From NCBI RefSeq assembly GCF_009914755.1, contig NC_060933.1: 64,000 bases of DNA. One strand, 5' to 3'. The translations under genes were made by a program, and so were the position numbers. Within the stretch, counting starts at the first letter, position 1; each line of letters begins with the position of its first letter. Positions 44,457 through 60,677 of this stretch are shown one piece after another. Source of the stretch: the human T2T-CHM13v2.0 reference genome, Homo sapiens. The notes under the pieces were generated by a model. The model saw only the letters and a list, made by a program, of their open reading frames with translations, was not told the DNA's origin and made no database searches.

Positions 44457-45258
44457 TGAAACGGGAAAGTTTCCCTTGTCCCTCTCGCAGGACGTGCGAT
44501 GGGAGCTCGCTTCTTCAGTGCCCCACTGCTCAAACCTCTAGGGGAGCATACAGAAGGGCAGGCTGTGGGGCTCCGACCCCATGGCAGTGTCTAGGTGTGA
44601 ATATTTAGAGCTGAAGCCCCAGTGGGCGCGTGTTACGGGGCGCTCTCTTAGTTTGCCATCTATAGGCGGCTTGTGTTAACCAGCTCAATTACAGCCCTTT
44701 CCTTATCACAAGCACAGAGGTACTTCTGTATCCCAGGGCTTTCGCTCTGGTGTACAGGAAGAATCGGATCATATGTGGGATGGGAGAATGAGTGCAAGGT
44801 TTTATTGAGTGCAAATAGCTCTCAGCAGAGCGGGGAGCCAGAAGGGAAATGGTTTTCACCTGGAGTCGGGCCGCTGGCGGCTCGGGCTCTCCTCCACTGC
44901 CCCGGCCCAACTTCGCGTTGTTCTGCTGGTCGATGGCTCGCTGGTGAGCAGGTGACTGCTGACATGCTCCTCTCCACATCCCCTTGCTTTTTCTTCTGCG
45001 GATGTGCTCCTCTGGATGTCTGGCCACCTCTGTGCCTGCCTGCTAGGATCTCGGGTTTTTATAGGCCCAGGATGGGGGTGTGGTGAGCCAGGGTGGTCTT
45101 GGGAAATGTAACATTTGAGTGGGAAGGCAGGAGTGTCTGTCTTCACTTAGGTCTGTGGGGGTGGAGCCTTAGCCAGGGACCACACTCTCCTCTACCCAGC
45201 ACTTCCCTTCCTCCCTTCGGCATTATTTAAAGTGCTTCCCAGCACTTTTGTATTATAA
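44457..45258 (-). mobile_element. ERV1 solo LTR (LTR9-like)
   Basis: TGAAACGGGAAAGTTTCCCTTGTCCCTCTCGCAGG...GAGAATGAGTGCAAGGTTTTATTGAG...GTTTTTATAGGC (reverse-strand polyA signal and TATA). Confidence 0.7.
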
Positions 45259-45523
45259 TGCCTACTGATAGATAACACTAGTTTTACTCAGACATAATTT
45301 TTAAAAATTAAGTCTCTACTGTAATCAGATCAACTAGGAAAGAAGATGTAAATAGAGTTTGATCAGGTTAGAGAGGAGGAAGCTCGAATATTGGAAATCT
45401 TGAAAAGAGGTTACGTTAATCAAAAGAGGGTTTTGGCCTCCATGTTTGCAATACGTTGAGAAATGAGTAAAAAGCTCATACTTTGGTGAAGTCAGACACA
45501 AAAGTTTGTAATAAGAAAGCAGG

Positions 45524-45809
45524 GGTTGTGGGGTAGGGGAGGGATAGCATTAGAAGAAATACCTAATGTAGATGACGGGTTGATGGGTGCAGCAAACCAC
45601 CATGGCACATGTATACCTATGTAACAAACCAGCACGTTTTGCACATGTATCCCAGAACTCAAAGTATAACCGAAAAAAAAAAGAAGAAGAAAGAAAAGAA
45701 AAAGTGAGAATGATTAACATAAAAGTCAGATCATGATTACCTCCAGGAGAAAGGAGAGGAGTGTGATTAGCAAGAGAAATAAAGTGGACTTAAAAAAAAG
45801 AAAGAAAGA
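45524..45809 (+). mobile_element. Short 5'-truncated L1PA with probable 3' transduction
   Basis: L1 3' end 45524-45670, A-tract, ~90 bp extra sequence with AATAAA, second A-tract, TSD AAGAAA(G/T)CAGG. Confidence 0.75.
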
Positions 45810-46498
45810 AAGAAATCAGGTGGGAGAAATCAAGAATGAAGTCAGACATAACAGCTGCAAGGTAGATGGCTGGCAAAGTAACGGAGGCAGAAGAGGCTTT
45901 ATGAAAAAGTGAAAAAGTTCATGTACTTGTATCAGCCATCTAGACCATTTCAGTCAGAAGAATTTCTGTAAATCTTATAAGAACAGATTCTTTCATTTTC
46001 ATTTCAGTTCCAAAATGAAATCTTGAAATGTACAAACTTCTCAAAAATGATTCACAGAAACGTAATTATCCAGATACAGAGGTTTTATTCAGGGACATTC
46101 AGTTTTCTCTTTGCCAATCTCACTTCATCTTCATAAATGTATTTTGATGGTAGAATGATGGCTTTCTTCATAGCAAACCTAAAGAAGAGAGGTATTTTAC
46201 CAAAAATAATATATATATAAATGAACGTGCTGTTTGTTTTATCAATAGAAATGGTTATACAAGTGAATATCCATTTACAATACTCAGCATAGCAAACACA
46301 AGAAAAGTAATTTACTCTTTATTCTATAAAATATTTTTATCTTATAATTATTTGCCTTGATAAGTTATATCATTTACTTTTGGTGTTCAAGGACACATTT
46401 ACAAACTGGTAAGAAGAGTGGCTTATTTGGTTATAAATATTATAATAGTATTTTTACTTTCAGCAAGTCTTATTGTTAAATATTATAGAATTCTATAG

Positions 46499-50354
<3,856 letters not shown>

Positions 50355-50624
50355 AGAATTCTATAGCATTGTGAAGGGGATAAATTTCAGGCATTAGAAG
50401 GACTGTCAAAATATTTCTTCTCTGCTAATTTATATCCATCTAGAAAACTGTTGAGCAATGAGCCCTGATTCTGTTTCTAGACAGTTATTTCTTGCTTTCT
50501 CTCTTGCTTCACAGTAAGAACTCTGGCTCCAGCAACATCATACATTTAGATATTTGCTCAATCCTATTATACTTCATAAAAAGTTTCAGAATTATTTTAT
50601 ACATACATCTATAATAACAAATCA

Positions 50625-52230
50625 GCTGGACTTCCATTTGTACTTAAGATGTAAAAAGCTTTAAATAATGTTGCTTTTACAGTAACAATGAGAAAAAGTC
50701 AGATTATAACTTTCTTTGAACCCATCGGAAAACTGAAGGCATGAGGCAACCAAGGAACATGAATTCCAAGCAGAGAAAAGTATAAGGAGAGTCAGGGCAC
50801 ACAGATTGTATCTCCTGTGGTAGCACATTGGAGGAAGAGGCACAGGCCACCATTTAAGTGAATATAAATAAATCAGGTAAATTTTAATGAATGGCCAAAG
50901 GCCAAATAGAGGATAGCATGTCATTTTTGAACAGTTTGGGGCCACAGACCTAAGTGAAAATGATACTCTTTTAGCTTTTTCCTACATACCTTCACTGGGT
51001 GCTTACAAAAACCAAACAAACAAGCAAGCAAACAAACAACAAAAAAAGAAAAGAACAGAAGAGAGAGAGAGAAAGAGAGAGATTGGAAGAAGGAGAGAAG
51101 ACTGAAAAAAAGCTCTATCAGTAATGACGAAATTTAGTACATGATCAGTGATTGTGGGGTCACAGGCGCATAATAACGCTCATTTCTCTGGACCCTTCTC
51201 TTATAGGAAGCAGAAGACTTAAGCTACAAATACAGAGACAGCATAGATGCTCTCAAGGTATAGGAAAAGGCATTTGTGGCTAGAGGAAGGGTAGAAAAAA
51301 ACTAATAAACCCCTCTATTACTGAAGGGAGGTAGAAAACCATCTTGGGCCCAAGATACTCTGTTGCTACCAAGCACAGGACTCATTCCACTGAGGGAAGG
51401 AAAGGAAGCTCCTAAGACCAGCTACGAACATAAGCAAAGTTTGACTGCCATAGAAAAGGGCAAAAATACTGAGAAAGTTCACACAATTTTGTCTCAGATT
51501 CAAAGAGCCTGTTTAAGAGTGAGGCTGGACCAGAACAAAGAACATTCCTGACCCAACATGAGCCTAACAGAGAAGTCTAAGGATAAGAAAAGGCAGAAGC
51601 ACAGGGTGAGAGATGGAGGATGGGGAGAAAATGCTAAAAGTTGTTGATGAAGAACTAACACTGAGAAAAAACCTCTAAGACTAAAGTCCCCACCTTAAGC
51701 ATAAAACAGCAGGCCACCACTGGAGGAATTTGAAGACTGGGTCACTGACATTAACCATAGCCGAAGTAAAAACAAAACTTAAACCTCATTCCTTGCCTTG
51801 ACTATCCCAACTCATACTTTAATGTCCTGAGAGAATAGGCATGTTCATTTCAAGATGTAAATACTATTTGCCTCAGCATTTACAGTTTTACACATAACAT
51901 CCAGTATTTAATTTTTAAAATGATAACATATACTATTTTAATGTATGTAACAACATAAGGGGAAAAAAACCCCAACACATTGTCCAGAAACAACACAATC
52001 AAAAAGATCTGACTCAGAGATTACCCATAACCCACTCTCCAATAATGATATTAAAATATCTGTATTAATATTTTAAAGGATCTAATGAAAAACATAAGTA
52101 ACATGCATACATAGATGGGAAATTTTAACAGAGAAATACAAACTATAAGAATCAAATGAAAGGCCAAGGTGAAAAAAGCTCTGATATTATAAAAGAGGAA
52201 AGCTTCATGGGCTTGGTAGTAGATCTGAAA
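50625..52230 (+). mobile_element. Ancient L1M 5' region
   Basis: GGACTTCC...AAGATG start, GACTCAGAGAT...AAATTTTAACAGAGAAAT ORF1-proximal motifs. Confidence 0.45.
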
Positions 52231-54710
52231 CAGTCCTCTGGCCTATATACTAAGGTCTCAGAGTTTGCTTGCCTTTTTTTTTTTTGGTCCATATTGGCTC
52301 AAAGCGAGATTGTTCCATGAGCCCGGGTTGAAGCTGCAGAAGTTCCTATTACGTAGTCTGCACTACATTCTAATAATCTAACAAGTCACTAAATGCATCC
52401 CAGATTCCAGAAGAGGGGAATTGGACTCCCATTTGCTACCCAAATAAGAGAAGAAGCAAAGAATTTTTAGATATCTTTAATCTCTCATCATGGATGTATT
52501 TCCCATTCCTTCTTCCACATGCAAACAGTCATCTGTTAAAACTGATTAGTGATATATCTATTAATATAAAATATTCAGATGCAAGTAACTTCAGAAGGTA
52601 AATTTGTGTAGATTTTACAAGGCTAAACAGAAAACAAAGAAAGTAGAAGGAAATCATATTTTATTGTCCTAAATCTTTAATTTATACTCTAATGGAACAT
52701 CATATACCAGGCTAGGAATCTGTTGTACCTATAACCTACCTAAAGTTTTTAACTTATTTTTCTGATATTTATCTCTAAGTCACTTATATCATAATTCCTC
52801 AATTATATCTAGAATAATAATTATATATTTTAAAACATATGTTTTTCTCTTTTATATCCAAGTGTTTTCAAATTTAATCTTATATTCTATTGCCATTATG
52901 CTAAAAAAAACGTAAGATATTAAAGGTAAACTTAGGCAACAAGTTCTTTCTTTTTTTATGGTAAAAGCCTGATCTAACTAATTTTATTACCCACTGGATT
53001 TAATGAATTATCTGAATAAGTTGATACAGTAGGGTGGCCTTGTTGCAAGAAACATTAAGAGAAATGCATGTTTTAAACAGTTGAAGCAGTTATATTAGAA
53101 TCCTCAAAAATAGGCCGATCTATAGTATTTCATGCTTTTATATTTAAACTTTCTTCTTTTATTGCCAATAAAGGCAGAAATGTTGAGAAGACAGAGGGTG
53201 AGTCCATAAGCCAAATGTTGACAAGAATTATATTTTTACTCTGAGTCTATTTTTTTACTTAAATGGTTTCTCCCAAAAGTTAAGAAAAAGCATTATGACT
53301 CATATTTATGACTGATTCTGAATCTACAGAAATGAAACAAATTTGCCATTTGTACCGATTTAAAAATGAAACAAAAATTTTGAATAACTTTTCAAGAATG
53401 ATATGTAGAACTTTTTTTGCTACTTTAAAAATGTATTCTAATTTGACTAAAAATTTTTAAAGAACCTAGAGAATTAATTTGATCACTTTAAATGTTTTAA
53501 TCAAAAATTCTGCATACTATTTCATTGCCATCTAAAGCAATTAGTCATATCATCTGTTTATTAAATTTCAGAATGCATGTGTTTTAATTTTGGCATTTTT
53601 CATATCAGATACACTTAAAACTTTATATATGACTTGAATTATAATTATAAGAAATAGTTAAGACCGACAAGGTTAATTTTATGCCTTTATTTATAATATT
53701 GCTTTTAGTCTTTGAGGAAAGAAATTGTCTTTGTTCTTTTAGTGAGCTTAATAAGTTGACATTTTAGGAAAATTTTGTTCATATCGCGTTGGTCTGATAT
53801 ACTGAACTTCTGATTAGCAACTCAATGATCAGCTATGCTTAGAAACTTTAATACCTTTTCTAGTGATAGGATATGATAACAGCCTGTAACCCATGTAGTT
53901 TTCCTATTTCAAAATATGTTTAGGCACTTTGATCAATACATTATCTTCTGAAGTGTGTAGAGGGTGCTTCCAGGTCATTGTATGGAAACATACTCTGCCC
54001 CGTCCACATCTATACTTTTGGGGGGAGCGTTATTTGCACTTTTCAACCTTAATTTACTTTACTTCAGAGTTTTACAAGTCTTGAACATACCCTGAAGGGT
54101 ATTTTTGCTAGGGAAATTCTATTATCTTCAAAAAAGAAAGAATGATAAGAAGGTTTAAGGGAAAATTAACAAATGAATAGGTATATCCTTTGACTTCAGT
54201 TTAAATTACAAAATGCAGTCTTTGCTAATTTCCCTTTAAATTTAAATCAAAGTATTTATTTCACAAAGAAAATTAGAATTTTTAATTACTAACACATTAC
54301 ATTTAAGAGAAATAAAATGTAATTATTTTTTACCCTGCTGCACAAAGATTTGTTAAATGAAAGACCTGTTAATTTAAAAGCTATTACAAGTTATGATTAA
54401 TAGTCACAATACTTATTGGGAATAAATTGCTTGAACCTTTAATTAAAAGTTAAATAGTCATTAAAACTATGTTATTTGGAAAGGAAAGGGTCTTAAGTTC
54501 AAATTTTTCTAATTTATTTTTAAATCTAGTTAAAAGTTAAACTGTAACATCTTTCAGTGTACTGGTTTTGAACTAATAGTTGGAGAGATACTGATATGGT
54601 ATACTTTTCTCTACTTTGATACTGAAACACAGCACAACAAAAATTATCTTTATGTAAATGGTAACATCATTGACATCCATGAATTCTGCTTTTTTTTTTT
54701 TTTTTAACAG

Positions 54711-54829
54711 CAATTGCCAAAGCGTATCCCCATTCGGATTCAATAAATTTCCTGATTCTTGATGGATTTTTTTGGCGCACTATCTTTGGACAGGATAAAA
54801 GTGAGGAAAAAACAATTATACATAAGTAA
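54711..54829 (+). CDS. Candidate terminal exon of an unidentified gene
   Basis: Strong acceptor (T)16 AACAG|; three CpGs in otherwise CpG-poor unique DNA; longest frame IAKAYPHSDSINFLILDGFFWRTIFGQDKSEEKTIIHK*; AATAAA at 54983. Confidence 0.35.
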
Positions 54830-55729
54830 ATTAACCCATGATAAATACCAGCAATTAAGACACCATAGCATACTAAAAATGAATACTGCATCAATTGAAA
54901 CTTGAAAGCAAACACACTGGAATAAGTCTCTATATTTTATAATTTTTTAATGTCTTTGATCACCCTAAAGAAGAAAAAGAAAAATAAATAGTTTCCCCTT
55001 GAGCTACGGAGTCTGATTAAAAATGTAAAGAATAGGAGTGAGAAGAATGGGACTCATCTTTCACTGAGCATATAATAAAATATATTTACTAAGATGAATG
55101 ACTATGACAAGCTGTGTTCTCTTTCAGAACATTTAAAAGTCTGCAAAATGTAGTCTGCTTCTTTGACTACAGAAATTTATGAAAAATTTCTTGTCGAGGT
55201 AGGAATTCAGTATTCAAATTGTGCATGAACCTTGAGATTATCAATATTTTCCATCTTAAAATATATAAAAATGATTTCCCAGAGAAAGCACAACTCTATC
55301 TGCAGCTTCCTAAATGTCCATTTTTAAAATAAAAAAATTACTTGATTATTCTTTTATTGTATTATTATATTATTATATAATCTTATATTATTATATTATA
55401 TAGCTGTGGGGTTTCTCTCTTCCTGACCTCACACACACTCTAACTTTGATAAATTATATTGATTTGAATTGTCTCCACATCTCACAAGATTAAGACCCAG
55501 AAAGTCTGATGAAGTGAGTTACAATGAACGCATTTTTCTAAAGCTAGGGTGAGTAAATTTATCTATTTTTTTCTTTTTTTTAATAGACTTCACAACATAG
55601 TATATGGCAACTGCAAGTTCTTTCTGTTTCTTAAAGTAAAGCTCAAACCCTTTTTAATGGAAAAAAAATTTATGGTTATTTAGCATTTTGAAACTTCAGT
55701 TTACATTTCAGAGTACAAAGATCAGAGGT

Positions 55730-55960
55730 GATTGTCAAGATTAAATGAGATAATGTATTGCACAATGTTTAGGTCCAAATCTTGGCTCAGGTCAGTAATC
55801 AGCTTATTGACTTGAGTGGGTTACTTAACCTCTCTGCCAGCCAACTTTCTTGTCAAAAACATGAGAATAAAAGCACTCTTTACTTATGAGACAATACATG
55901 AGATAATGTCTGTGGAGCACTCAACACCACCTCCTGTTCATATTAAATGCTTATTAAATA
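55730..55960 (+). mobile_element. MIR fragments
   Basis: AGATTAAATGAGATAATG, GACTTGAGTGGGTTACTTAACCTCTCTG. Confidence 0.6.
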
Positions 55961-57001
55961 TGAGTTGTTGCTGCTTTCACTGAGACTATATAAAGTATCT
56001 TGTTCTGGCTTTGGCAAAACATATACAAAACAATACAAAATGACCTAAAATCAAAATGCTAGGAACTACAAGGTTAGACCTCATTTCTTCTGAGGTATCT
56101 TTTACCTCCTTGCCATCAGCAGCTTCACCATCATTTATATCAGCATCCTCCAGGAATGAGTAGGCCTCCATTTTGAAAGTCGATAAACATACAGAAGAAA
56201 TTAGGGATTGAATACTTCTATGCATTCTTCAATTTTCTGTTATCCTTGCTGAATATTATAGAAAATTAAATCATCAATAATATTGAAAACATCCCCCAAA
56301 CTCTTAAGTTACTTACCATGATCTGATTTAAATGATTGGTAGTCATACAGAAAGGCTTCATTTAAAATCTCTGATTTACCACAGACATTATTGAAAGGCT
56401 AATATTCCCATTATATTGAGTAGACAAGAAAGCCCACTCTCTTTCAATCAGGATTTCTCAGTTTTAATTTCAGGAATATATTTTTTCAGAAGAAATCAAT
56501 CTGTGACCAAAAACAAAAGTATTAAGATCTTTGTTTCCTGACTAATCCTCCATTAAGACACAGAGAAGTTGTTGAAATGCGTATTTGATAAATAAACAGA
56601 GATTGAAACTTAACTTTCATTATGGTTAAGACAGTAAAATTAATTGTACATTGTCTTACCAAATATTTGCATATCAGTAATAAATTAGCAACATTAGAGT
56701 CAAATTTGAAACAACAAGATAGCATAAAACTTGAAGATTATTTAAAGAATGAAAGAATAAATTATTTAGTATATATGAATAATATGTAATGAAGCGTGAT
56801 AATGCTTTCTTTTTTCCAAAAGCTTTCACAAATAATTCTAGGGAGAAAAATCAGCATATCAAAGATTTCAGAGTGCAGCCTATATGTAGAAGACCAGTTA
56901 GGTTCATGATTAGGTAATGGGCATATGTGGTGAATGGTAGGAGTCCTCAAGGAATGTGAGATGGATTTGAAGTTATTATGAGTGGAAACACACAAATACA
57001 C

Positions 57002-57354
57002 TGATATGGTTTGGCTGTGTCCCCACTCAAATCTCACCTTGAATTGTAATAATCCCCATGTGTCAAGGGCGGGGACAGGTGGAGATAATTGAATCATAGA
57101 GGTGGTTTCTCCCATACTGTTCTCATGGTAGTGAATATGTCTCATGAGACCTGAGGGTTTTATAAATGGGAGTTCCCTTACACACACTCTCTTGCCTGCT
57201 GCCATGTAAGACAAGACTTTGCTCCTCATTTTCCTTCTTTCATTATTGTGAGGCCTTCCCAGCTATATGGAACTGTGAGTCAATTAAACCTTTTTCCTTT
57301 ATAAATTACCCAGTCTTGGATATGTCTTTATTAGCAGGATGAGAACAGATTAAT
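57002..57354 (+). mobile_element. THE1 (C/D-like) LTR missing its last ~3 bp
   Basis: TGATATGGTTTGGCTGTGTCCCCAC...ATAAATTACCCAGTCTTGG...GAGAACAGATTAAT. Confidence 0.92.
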
Positions 57355-59990
57355 GGGCTTTGGTAGAAACTGAATGTTTGACTATGAGTCATCAAGTAAC
57401 CATGTGACCCTGAACTGCCTATCATGAACTGGGTGTTTTCTGACCCATCTAGCCATGAAGTGGGGCATACACAGCAGCATTCCATCATCAAATGGAAGTG
57501 GTATATACCTGATCAGGATTGAGCAGTTCCTGAGAGCACAAGTAAGTTACATGAAGAAGTGGTTCAAATGCCCATGGTCCCCACTCCTGCTGTCCTGCCT
57601 TCTCTCCCCCAGACTGCACTGATGGCCTTATGGGGAGCTTTCTATGATAAGTTGACAGAGGAAGAGAAGACTAGGCCCTGGTTTATAGACAGCGTTGCAC
57701 AATATGCAGGCACCACCCAAAAGTGGACAGCTGCCACTCTATAGTCCCTTTCTAGGACATCCCTGAAGGACAGTGGCAAAGGGAAATCTTTCCAGTCAGC
57801 AGAGTTTTGATCAGTGCATCTGATAGTGCACTTTGCTTAGAAGGAGAAATGGGCAGATGTTGTGATTATATACTGATTCATGGGCTGTTGTCAATGGTTT
57901 GGCTGGATGGTCAAGGACTTGGAAGAAGCATGACTGGAAAATTGGTGACAAAGAAATTTGAGGAAGAGGTATGTGGATGGAACTCTCTGAGTGGTCGAAA
58001 ACTGTGAAGATATTTGTATCCCATGTGAGTGCCCACCAAAAGGTGTCCTCTGCAGAGGAGGATTTTAATAATCAAGTGGGTAGGATGGCTTGTTCTGTGA
58101 ACACTACTCAGCCTCATTCCCCAGGCACCCCTGTCATTGCCCAATGGGCACATGAACAAAGTTGCCATGGTGGCAGGGATGGGCTCAGCAACATGGACTT
58201 TCACTCACCAAGGCTGCCCTGGCTATGGTGCCCAATTTGCCAGCAGCAGAGACCAACATTGAGCCCTTAATATAGCACCATTCCTCAGGGTGATCAGCCA
58301 GCAACATGGTGTCAGGTTGATTATATTGGAATTCTTCCATTATGGATAGGACAGCAGTTTGTCCTAACTGGAATAGACAGTCTGGATATGGGTTGCCTAT
58401 CCTGCACACAATGTTTCTGCCAAGAGTACCATCCCTGGACTCACGGAATGCCTTATCTACCATCATGGTATTCCACATAGCATTGCCTCTGACCAAGGCA
58501 CTCACTTTATGGCTGAAAAAGTGCGGCAGGGCCAGGCGCGGTGGCTCACGCCTGGAATCCCAGCACTTTGGGAGGCCAAGGCGGGCGGATCACAAGGTCA
58601 GTAGATGGAGACCATCCTGGCTAACACAGTGAAACCCCGTCTCTACTAAAAATACAAAAAATTAGCTGGGTGGGGTGGCGGGCACCTGTAGTCCCAGCTA
58701 CTTGGGAGGCTGAGGTGGGAGAATGGTGTGAAACCGGGAGGCAGAGCTTATAGAGAGCAGAGATAGTGCCACTGCAGTCCAGCCTGGGCGACAGAGCGAG
58801 ATTCCATCTCAAAAAAAAAAAAAAAAAAAAGTGCGGCAGTGGGATCATTATCATGAAATTCACTGGTTTTACCATGTTCCCCATCGTCCTGAAGTAGCTG
58901 GATTGATAGAATGATGAAATGGCCTTTCAAAGTCACAATTATAAGGCAAACTAGTTGAAAATACTTTGCAGGGCTAGGGCAAAGTTCAGCAGAAGGCTGT
59001 GTATGCTCTAAATGAGGATCCAATATATGGTACTGTTTCTCTCAAAGCCAGGATTCATGAGTCCAGGAATCAAGGGGTAGAAGTGGAAACGGAACTACTC
59101 ACCATCACCTCTAGTGACCCACTAGCAAAATTTTTGCTTCCTGTTCCCATGACATTACATTCTGCTGGCCTAGAGGTCTTAGTTCCAGAAGGAGGAATGC
59201 TGCCACCAGGAGACACAACAATGATTCCATTAAACAAAGTAGATAGCAACCTGGCCACTTCGGGCTCCTCCTACCTTTAAGTCAACAGGCTAACAAGGAA
59301 GTTACAGTGTTGGCTGGGGGGATTGACCCAGACAATCAAGATGAAATCGGTTTACTACTCCACAATGGAGGTAAGGAAGAGTATGCATGGAATACAGGAG
59401 ATCCCTTATGGCATCTCTTGGTATTATCATGCCCTGTGATTAAAGTCAATGGGAAACCACAGCAACCCAATTCAGGCAGGACTACAGATGGTCCAGACCC
59501 TTCAGGAATGAAGATTTGGGTTACTCCATCAGGTAAAAAACCATGACCTGCTGAGGTGCTTGCTGAAGGCAAAGGGAATACAGAATGGGTAGTAGAAGAA
59601 GCTAGTCATGAGTGCTAACTACTACCATGTGACTGGTTGTAGAAACGAGAACGGTAATTGTCCTGAATATTTCCTCCTTAATTTTTTTAAGAACATGTTT
59701 GTGTATGTATACACTTGTACTAAAAAAAAAAAAAAACATTATTTTATTTTCTTTCTTTTTCCTCTATCACGTGACATAAGGTTTATTGACTTTATGCTGG
59801 CATTTAAGTGTTGTTAACTTTATGTAATAGCATTTGGTTTGAGGATTGGTGTGCTTCTGCTTGTACGAAGGATAGCTGTATTATGTTAGGTGTAATTATG
59901 ACCTTATTATTGTCTTTATTTGAAGATTATGTATGATTTCAGGAGATGTGTATGGGTTCAAATTGACAAGGAGTGGACTTGTGATGATTT
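57355..59990 (+). mobile_element. HERV-L internal 3' half (RNase H, integrase, dUTPase relics) with PPT and ~10 bp of MLT2 LTR
   Basis: Peptides KIFVSHVSAHQK, AQWAHEQSCHGG...CPICQQQRP (integrase HHCC), GGIDPDNQDEIGLLLHN (dUTPase); GACAAGGAGTGGAC|TGTGATG. Confidence 0.9.
58530..58830 (+). mobile_element. AluY nested in HERV-L integrase
   Basis: ACCATCCTGGCTAACAC, GAGAATGGTGTGAA; TSD AAAAAGTGCGGCAG. Confidence 0.94.
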
Positions 59991-60677
59991 TTGGCTTTCA
60001 GGTCTTGTGATTTAAGAAATAAATTTTGTAGGGCTATAGCAGTCATAGATAGTGATTTATCTGATGGATCTGGGCAAAGTTCATTGAAAACTTTCTGGAA
60101 AGGATTATTCATTCTAGATGTCATTTAAGAACATTGGCAATTCATGGGAGGAGGTCTAAATATTAACATTAGTAGGAGTTTGGAGCAAGTTGATTTCAGC
60201 TCTCATAGATGACTGTCAGGGGTTCCAGACTTCAATGGAGAAAGCCACTGCAGATGTTTTGGAATAGCAAGAGAACTAGAATTAGAATTGGAATAGCAAA
60301 AGAACTAGAATTAGAAGATGTGACTGACTTACATCAATCTTATGATAAAGACTTGAATGGAAGAGAAGTTGCTTTTTATGAATGATCAAAAACAATAGTT
60401 TCTGGAGACAAAACCTACTCCTGATGAAGATGCTGTGAACATTGTTGAAATGACGGCAAAGGATTTAGAGCATTGCATAAACTTAGTAGGTAAAACAGTA
60501 GCAAGGTTTGAGACGATTTATGCCAATTTTGAAAGATATTCTACTGTGGGTATAATGTTATCAAAGAGTATCACATCATACCGATAATTATTTCTGAAGG
60601 AAAGAGTATATCAATGTGGCAATCTTCATTGCTTTCTTATTTAAGCTACCTCCACAGTCAACCCAATCATCAGCAAC
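59991..60677 (+). mobile_element. Tigger1 DNA transposon internal fragment (3' part of transposase)
   Basis: GATGGATCTGGGCAAAGT...AAAACTTTCTGGAAAGGATT...ACTCCTGATGAAGATGCTGTGAACATTGTTGAAATGAC...GATATTCTACTGTGGG. Confidence 0.88.

Noticed and set aside
57559-59572. Domesticated integrase or dUTPase gene
   Set aside because: HERV-L frames are fragmented and interrupted by an AluY; dUTPase after pol is the normal HERV-L layout.
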